DNA of 64,000 bases, taken from the human T2T-CHM13v2.0 reference genome, Homo sapiens. Made by a program: the position numbers and the translations under genes. The stretch is from NCBI RefSeq assembly GCF_009914755.1, contig NC_060942.1, one strand, 5' to 3'. How positions within the stretch are numbered: position 1 is the first letter of the stretch; the number at the start of each line of letters is the position of its first letter. Below the pieces are notes generated by a model. It saw nothing but the letters and a program-made list of their open reading frames with translations. It was not told the DNA's origin and searched no databases. Below are positions 55,454 to 64,000 of this stretch, in pieces.

Positions 55454-58400
55454 GCAGGATACAACATTTAAATACAGGGAAAAAAAATAAAAAATATGGA
55501 AGAAGTGAAAGAACAATCCACGTTTGTATATTTGATTTTTATGTATTCAATGAATTACCCGCCCAATCCAGGTGATTTACCAATTATAAAGTGAGACACT
55601 GCAGGACTCCAGTGGTTCTTGAATGATTGATCATTACATTGATTGGTGGTCAGTGCTGGGATGAGCCCAGGACTATCTTCTTCATGAACAGAGAACCTAG
55701 ATAGCTGTCTGTGGGTCTTGAGGTAGAAAGTATATATGTCATGGTTAGAGACCTAGGCAGGCAACAGGAACGCTTCAAGGAATGTGGCAGTTCTTGGGGA
55801 ATGACCTAAATGAAGTGCTGGTGGGTATTGAAATCTTTAGTTGAGTAGGGAAATGTGCAGCATGTTTTTGCACTCCAGCAGCAACAACTGTGGACTTGAC
55901 TGATTATCAATTGCTGTCTCTATGTCATCTAAAGAAATGAGTATACTGGACAAATTTTATATATTTTATATGTTACTTTAAGGGATGTGGTATGATGAGA
56001 ACTCTTGTGTAACTGACTGGGGGCTCAAAAACAGAAAAATACTTAATAAAATCTCACATTTACAAAGAAGGTTTGTAGGAAATAAGATGGAGAAGTGGAG
56101 GCAGCATAGAGAGTTATCACTGACTGGTCCATGGGGCCTTTGACCTAGGTTCCAAGATCATTGTCAATAGTCATAAGTGGCCTTCAGGTTCTCCTCTAAC
56201 CTTCTGGAATTGGATGCCCAATTTTGTATATATGTGCATTTAAGTGTTTTCTTGGAAGAGCTTACAACATTCTTCAAATTCTCAAGATGGTCTGTGACCC
56301 AGAAAAATTAGAAATTACTACTGATTCCAACTTCTCAAATCTACAGATGAGGAAACCAAGACTTAGAGAGGATTAGTAACTTTCTCAAAGCTACTGAAAG
56401 CTGGGACAATTATGGTTTTTTTATGTTACATTGCTATATTCTCTCTACTGTTCCTCTCTGAAAGATCAAGAGGTCACTTTGCTTGTAGATTATTTCCAAA
56501 ACCCTACAGAGAAAGATGAGCTACTAATGAGTTTATAGATCAGTTTCCTGCCAGAACCTCTAATCCACTGAGGCTGCTCTTGTGTTGGGACCAATTTGAA
56601 CCCACCATGGGTTCATCACAGAAGAATGGGGATTTTGTGCAACGAATCATAAAACCCCAGAATGATAATCCGGACAGATCCTAGGAGGCTGGCATGAGAA
56701 TACTCCTTCATCCATGGGAAACATCATTTTAAGGAGCCTGGCCCCCAGGTGTCCTAAGCATAGGAACTACAGACATAGCCTGGGTTACTTAATGTCATAG
56801 AAATGCCTTTGCCTAACCTTTGACAGACTTGTGTATTAGAAGTAGTGCTACCTAAACAAATAATAGAAATACACCATTATGGAGCCTTTCTAGGCCATTG
56901 CTTCAGTCTCCCACACCCAAGGAAATTCATTTCTCAAGTTCTGGGCATATGGGCATTGGCCACCCTATCCCATGCCTGCCAAGACCATGAATGACCCAGA
57001 CAGAAATGCTTTAGGTGAGCATGAGTTTCATGTTGGAGGTACGGAATGTTGACATGGGTGGAAATCAAGTCAAGTGTCTAGGGAAAGAATAGTGGAACAC
57101 TAAAGGTGGTGTGTGGTGGACCAGTGACAGCAGGGTGAGGGAGGAAGGAAAAAGACTGAATCATAGTCGTGAATGGGAAGGAAGTCAGGAATCTGGAAGA
57201 GACAAGGTGAAGAAGGATGGCATAACTCTTGGGGCATAGTTGAAGCCATCTCACCTAATTCTGGCAAAGTCTGGTTAGAGTTGGCTGTTCGAAGGTAGCT
57301 TGACATCTGGCTACCTACCATTTGTGGACAGCTCAAACTCATGCAAAGTTATTTCTAATATTGCACTGTAATACTCTCTCCTTGCATTCACCATAGATCG
57401 CCTCTGTTCAGTTTCTTAAAAACCCTACAAACCAGTTCTATCCTCTGTTCTATGAGACAGCTTCCCCAGTATTTGAAAATGACTTGGATGCAGTGCCTTA
57501 GGCCTCTCTGTCTTAATCTGTTTCCCAATCACTCTGCAGGTTATTCCTAGTAACCCTTCTTAAGTGAGAGCTACTCTCTTTATGCATGTCATATTTAAAT
57601 ATACCTTAAATATGAATAAAATAGAACCTATTCCTCCAGATGTAGAACACAGTGAGACTTCTGTAGGGTACTTTATGTAAGGTCCTAGTCTTCTTAGGCT
57701 GTGTTTATGAGAACTTAAACCTCAGTAGTTTCATTAATGCTAAGTTGATTTTGGATTGGCATCCCAGAATGTGGAGATTATTTCAAATTTGATGTAGTTT
57801 GTCCATCATTTTGGTTATTTCTATTTTGTATCATCAGTGGATTTGAATTTTTTTTAAATGTCTTAGATGAAATCATAGAATAGGCCAGGGTTAAGTTTAA
57901 AAGTCAGGAGCATTCTTATAGAGAAGTCCCTTTATGTCTGTGGTCTTGGCCTCTTAAAATAAGTACCACATACTCATATTAACACATGAGACCATATAGA
58001 TACCCAGTCAAGAGAATGGAGCTTCATCTCAAGAATTTATCTAAACCGCTTAATAAATTATTTAGACTCTGTCACCCACACCAGTGTGAACTTTGTCACT
58101 CTGGTTCTCTTTGGCTCTCTGTCTACTGGACTTGCATCTCACCTTCATGCATCTGTTGCTGGGCTTGATGATGAATTCTGTTTACGCTTAAAATCCTCTC
58201 TCAGGAATGAGTCTGGAATTTAGTATACCCAAAGCCCCAACATAGTGGGTCAAAGACACTCCTTCAGCCTAGTGCTCTTGGGAGAGAATAATCAATAGGT
58301 TGGTATTGATTTGCTAATCATTATTCTGTCCTGGCATTTTGACCAAATTTCTGGAATCTATCTCCAAACTATCTTATGCCCTTAACTCACTGAAAGATAT

Positions 58401-58585
58401 GAACTACTAACTTGTTTCTAACCCTCTGCAGGTTACTAAAACTTCAGACCCATTTCACACTTTGTAAAATGAAGGATCTTGGACAAAACAGCTTTTCAGA
58501 AAATGTTTTCCAAAATGAAATGTTGTTAGATTAAAAAATGAGAAGGGAGGAAATTCAGTGATTAAAAAAGTTTTACAGATGCTTG

Positions 58586-59187
58586 TGTGATGGTTAATAT
58601 TAGGTGTCAACTTGATTGGATTGAGGGATGCCCAGATGGCTGGTGAAACATTGTTTCTGGGCATGTCTGAGGGTGTTTCCAGAGGATATTGAGACATGAG
58701 TCCGTGGACTGAGAGGAAGACTCACTGTAAATGTGAGGCATCATCCAATTAGCTGGGAGCGGGCTAGGACAAAGTAGGAGGAGGAACAGAGATACTCAGC
58801 TCCCTCTTGTTTTCTCTCTTCGCAGTGGGACACCTTTTTTTTTTTTTCTTCCTCCTGCCCTTAGACATCAAACTCCAGGTTTGTAGGCTTTTGGACTCTG
58901 GAACTTACAGCAGCCTCCTGAGTGTTCCCAGGCCTTAGGCTTCAGGCTAGGGGATGCACTATTGGCTTCTCTTGTTCTGAGGCTTTTGGACTTGGACTGA
59001 GCCTCTTTGGGAGCCACACTACTAGTTCCCTGGGAGACATGCTTGTGGCTCCTCTGGTTTTCCAGCTTGCAGACGATCTCTCTTGGGACTTTGTGTTTGT
59101 AATCATGTGAGCCAATTCCCCCTTAATAAGTTCCATTTTATATATATCCCATTTGTCCTGTCTCTCTGGAAGATCCTAACCAATACA
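58586..59187 (+). mobile_element. ERVL solo LTR (MLT2A2-like)
   Basis: TGTGATGGTTAATATTAGGTGTCAACTTGATTGGATTG...CCAATACA; perfect 5-bp TSD GCTTG at 58581 and 59188. Confidence 0.88.
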
Positions 59188-59287
59188 GCTTGGTTAAAAA
59201 AAGTTAAACAGGGTACTCACTCTGTGGTTCTTCTGTGTACGTGTTAATAAAATTTGTGTTCCTTTTCTCCAATTAAAAAACAAAATT

Positions 59288-59586
59288 GGCCGGGCGCGGT
59301 GGCTCACACCTGTAATCCCAGCACTTTGGGAGGCCGAGACAGGTGGATCACGAGGTCAGGAGATCAAGACCATCCTGGCTAACATGGTGAAACCCCGTCT
59401 CTACTAAAAATACAAAAAACATTAGCTGGCCGTGGTGGCACATGCCTGCAGTCCCAGCTACTCCGGAGGGTGAGGAGGGGGAATCACTTGAACCCTGGAG
59501 GCAGAGGTTGCACTGAGCTGAAATCGTGCCACCGTACTCCAGCCTGGGTGGCAGAGTAAGACTCCATGTCAAAAAAAAAAAAAAAG
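59288..59586 (+). mobile_element. Alu (AluSc/Y-like)
   Basis: GGCCGGGCGCGGTGGCTCAC...GGATCACGAGGTCAGGAGATC; A-tail. Confidence 0.95.
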
Positions 59587-60934
59587 AAAAGTTAAACAGT
59601 TTTCATTATAAAGCGTTTCTCAGGGTCTTCCACATGCTAATGTTGCTAATGTGCCTCGTGAGTCTCCACATGTGAGAAGTGCTATGCGGTTTTTCCCAAA
59701 CTTTATTTGATCATGGAACACTTTCAAGTAGGACACATTTTCCCTGGTACCACTTTTGAGAAACACTGAACTAGTTGGTTTCTCACACAGCCTTCTGGGA
59801 TCACAGTGCTGTCAAGTACATCCTTCACTCAGAGAGCCCAGGGCTGGACGCAAAGGGCAGATTGCTGCCCAGCCACAAGCCAGGCTCCAGGGCACACGGG
59901 GAGTGCTTGTCCTTCTGCTGCAATGACCACCATGAGGAGGGTGCCTCCTGACCACACCAGACATTGAAGAATGGAAGCAATTCTTTGGATGTGTCTCTCA
60001 CACCACCCCTTTCCCTTCTCTTCCCTCCCCTCCTCAGCATTCAGGGCTTCTGCCTTGCTAAGCTCATTAACCTCCTTAATGATGTAGTATCTTTTTTCCA
60101 TATAAACCTCTGTCCTTAAAATTTGCCATTCTCAGTGCTTCCCAGGAGGAGAGCTTGCTCTCCTGGGCTGCTCTGTGAATTGGAACTTGGCACCCCTCTA
60201 TGTGGGGAGAATAAATGGCATGCTGTCTCTGGGGTGAGGACATGCTTAGGAGAGCACCAGGGAACAGTTTTGTGGATTTCTTGATTTTTCAAAATGACAT
60301 TACCGGTTCACAAATGTGGCATTTTGGTGCCCTGCAGATGGATACTCTAAATTTATTTGACAAAAGGCAGATTTAGCATTTTAAATTCTTTTTTTTTGGT
60401 AGGGGAGAGCGGCTGTATAATTTAGTTCACGTATCTGACTCCTCAGCCATCCAAGATAAGATACAGTTGTTAGGATGAGCCCCTATGATATTGTCAACAG
60501 CATCAGGTGATTTAGGGCAGTGGGGAAGGTTGGAGATTATTTCCAAAATCCCTTCAGTGGCCACTCCCCCTCTGCCCTGAATTTGGCTTTAAGGCCAAGA
60601 TCAGTCTCTCTGATCATTTTTGTCCGTGAAAAATGTATGATCTGAATTAAATACACTTAGTCTCCATTAGTGGTTTACCAACTATCTGTGTGGTCCATAT
60701 ACAGCTCTACCCCTGCTGGGAATAGCAAGCATGGCATTCTGTAGAGCCTGCCTCACTGCTAATGCTCGCTGACTAGACAGATTCAATCCGCACTAGCCAC
60801 CTATAGCCAAGGATGCATGAACACACGCATACACTTATATATGCCTGAATTTGAGTGCTCTGTATCCCCGGCCAGCCTCCACTACAGTTAACTGGATTGC
60901 ATTATTGTAAGGTCTAAAGAACATTATGTTAGTA

Positions 60935-61135
60935 GCAATAGTGAACATTTACTCAACACTTACTATGTGCCTCCCTACTGTGTGCTTCATCTGTACTATC
61001 TTATTTAATCTTCCTAACAAATCTGACGGAAATATTTAGCAGATAATGAAATTGGAGATTTAGAGAGATTAAACGACTTGTCTCAATTTCACACCACCGA
61101 GATTTAATCCTGACTCCTGAGTCCAGACTCTTAAG
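60935..61135 (-). mobile_element. MIR
   Basis: AACATTTACTCAACACTTACTATGTGCC...TTTAATCTTCCTAACAA...GAGAGATTAAACGACTTG. Confidence 0.65.
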
Positions 61136-61733
61136 AACTCTGTTTGAAAGTATTATAGGAAGCAATGCATAAATAACACAGTGCTGTGTAGATCAAGTAA
61201 CATTAATTTGTTGCTAAACCTATCACAATTCAAAATGTGTCAAAGGATAATAATGAGGAAAGTCTAAGTCCCAAGACATCCCAGGTACATCATTTATGTT
61301 TGTTAGAGAGATGTGTTTCTGACCGTTCCATTTCTAGTTGGAGATGAGTCTCTTATACATTGTCTCAGCGAGTACTAAGGTTGAGGCGGGGTGGAGGACT
61401 CTCTTATCAGGAGGGAGGACAGGGAAATCCCAGCTTCCATCCGTCCCATCTATTATCCATGTAGCGTACAGCTCTAATTTTGCCACCGATGCAGGGAGAG
61501 GTTAGTCTGGACATAGATTACTGAGGCAGCCGCTGATGTCAGGACACCCCAGAGCTCATAGACTGAGAGTACACACACACTCCTGAGCTTTAGCCAAATT
61601 AAGAAGTTTGATCAAATAAATCTGTTCTGAGATCATTTTCTTTACTAATTGGCACTTTCCTTGGAGCAAATAAAACAGCTGAGAATAGATCTCAGGACCT
61701 TAAATCTTGAGACTCCAGAAGTCACAGAGCTGA

Positions 61734-62035
<302 letters not shown>

Positions 62036-63154
62036 TGAAAGATTTTTAAAAAGATCTTGCTGCTGATTTCATAAATCACATCAATGAACCATTGCATGTC
62101 CTTGACAATCTAGTTCTCCTGACTGCCTCTTTTTCTTTCCTGGTTTGATCATTAGGATGGTCTTGTGAGAAATGACGGACCTGGATTCCCACCTATGTTT
62201 TCCACATCAGAAAATACCAACTTGGATTAAGGAGCATTTCTTCCATTGTCCATTGATGGAAAAGCCCCCCATGCGTCCCTGGGACGTCTGCAGGGACCAC
62301 CACAGATGCTGTATGTGTGTGATGCTGGCCCGTGGTCTACACCCAAACTCTCTTCAAAACTAGTCTCTCTAAATAACACGTTTCTCCATGAGAAAATCTA
62401 AATGTGGGCTCTTCCAAATTGGAGAACCATCATTTTTATTCCCTTAGTTCATAATTGGTGAGTCAGTTTTTTTGTGATGTGGCAAGGGGAAAATATTTCA
62501 GTTATCAAAATGTGCTGCTGTGGGGGTTAGATGTGCTTTTACAGGGCATGGGATGGTGGCAGCCTCTCGATTTTACCCATAGTGGTCCATGAGCCGTGAG
62601 CACTGTCTTCCTGTTTTATATCAGGAGGTATGTTTTCAATCAGCAGACCTTTATGGCTCTGCAGTTGCCCCCAAGAATTGTGGCGTCTGCGAAGCTTTCC
62701 TGCGAAGGTGATACGTTCAACATGTAAAGCATAATCCCTCCCTGAAACCTTAAATTATCTAAACTGAAAGAGCTTTCCGGGTCTAACTGGCTTTTCTCAG
62801 TGAGGTGGATTGTTTTCATTTGCTTCATTTCTCCTCTTTTGGCCTTTGAGCTGACTCTTGTCAGTTTCGTTCCTATTTAAAGTTAGTTTCACCTTTCAGT
62901 TCCCTCCTCCATCTTAGCCTTACAGAGTTTCAGTTCCCCAAACAGTGTGTGTGGGGTGAGCTGGGGAGAGAAGCTTTATAATTCAGTCTAAAATAAAAAG
63001 ATTTCCCTGAAATATTGCAAAGATATTGGACAATGAGAGAAAGGCAATTTGATTGAAGAACTAATCTAGCACATTTTATGATGTTAGGCAAGTCACTCAT
63101 GGCAAATCTTCGAGCCTCACATTCCTGTGCTGTATGCAATGGCTTTAAACTAGA

Positions 63155-63346
63155 TTTTAGTTCTCAATTCTGGCTGCATGTTGGAATCACTAGGAAATTT
63201 TAAAAGCAGCAACCAAAAAACTCCAAAAAACTGACGTCTGCATCCTATCCTGTACCAATTAAACCAGAAAATCAAGAGGTGATTTTTAGGTATTTCTTTC
63301 AAGCTCCCCAGGTGATTTGTATGTGTGGCCAGGTTGGGAACTTCTG
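63155..63346. mobile_element. MER5A-like (hAT-Charlie) MITE
   Basis: GTTCTCAATTCTGGCTGCATGTTGGAATCAC...AAGCTCCCCAGGTGATT...GTTGGGAACTTCTG. Confidence 0.75.
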
Positions 63347-64000
63347 GCCTGCATGCTTGTGGAGAACCTGGGCTCCTTCTCAGCTGAGCATTGTCAGGAG
63401 TTGTGGTGGTGGAGGCTCTTGTTACAATAGCTGTAACAGTACTAGGGTAATACATGTCCCTGACTGGTGGTTCCATTTCCTATCAGACCTTTGCTTAGCT
63501 TGGTAAACACTGTTGCTGAAACAGACCTTATTTTAAAGGTGGCCATATAGAATATTTTCACCTTTAACTTCTCACTACTTCCTTGTTGAGATAGAGGCCT
63601 CCTCTCATCAGGTCTCAGACATCTCTCTCTGGATGGGGAAGGGAGGAAGCTGGTTTACGTGGGTGCACTGCAGAGGCCTGAAATGTGTCTGTACTTGAAG
63701 ATGCTCAGCTTAACCTATAAATTATCAGCCAGGACCTGTTTAGAAGCCCAGTTCTGCCTTGGTTACCCAAGATCTCAATGCAGCAGTGGCCAGCAAAAGC
63801 CAAATCTGAAATCTTGGTCAACTGACCTTATTTCTGTCATCAAAGGAAGGAGTGAGGCTTTGACTGAAGCCCAGTGCATTTTATTACCTTTAAGTTTAAA
63901 TGCTTATTCAGAACCATTCTGGCTGACACACCTCCTCTTTCCTTTTCCTTCTCTCTTCTCTCTAGCCCCTGCCAATCCAAACATGACAGAAGCACAAAAT

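Overview
Human (primate) genomic DNA from the SETBP1 locus (18q12.3, recognised from the protein sequence), with the gene on the + strand. The window holds the end of intron 1, the first coding exon (exon 2, 4341-4998: 172 nt of 5'UTR plus codons 1-162) and about 59 kb of intron 2. The intron contains at least 10 Alus, MaLR/ERVL solo LTRs (MLT1, MLT2A), DNA-transposon relics (Tigger2a, MER58B, MER81, MER85, MER5A), L2/MIR fragments and microsatellites. All other ORFs in the track look like chance or repeat-derived frames. The most notable structures are: a perfect 4 x 104-bp tandem array carrying a POU octamer in every unit; a 75-bp unique-sequence segment duplicated into the expanded tail of an AluJ; a second dispersed ~95-bp duplication; a nested mini-retrocopy plus Alu; an orphan intragenic CpG island; candidate poison and terminal exons; and an N-terminal SETBP1 motif resembling ASH1L. 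I found no evidence of a new multi-gene system. Repeat family names come from recalled consensus sequences, not from a database search.
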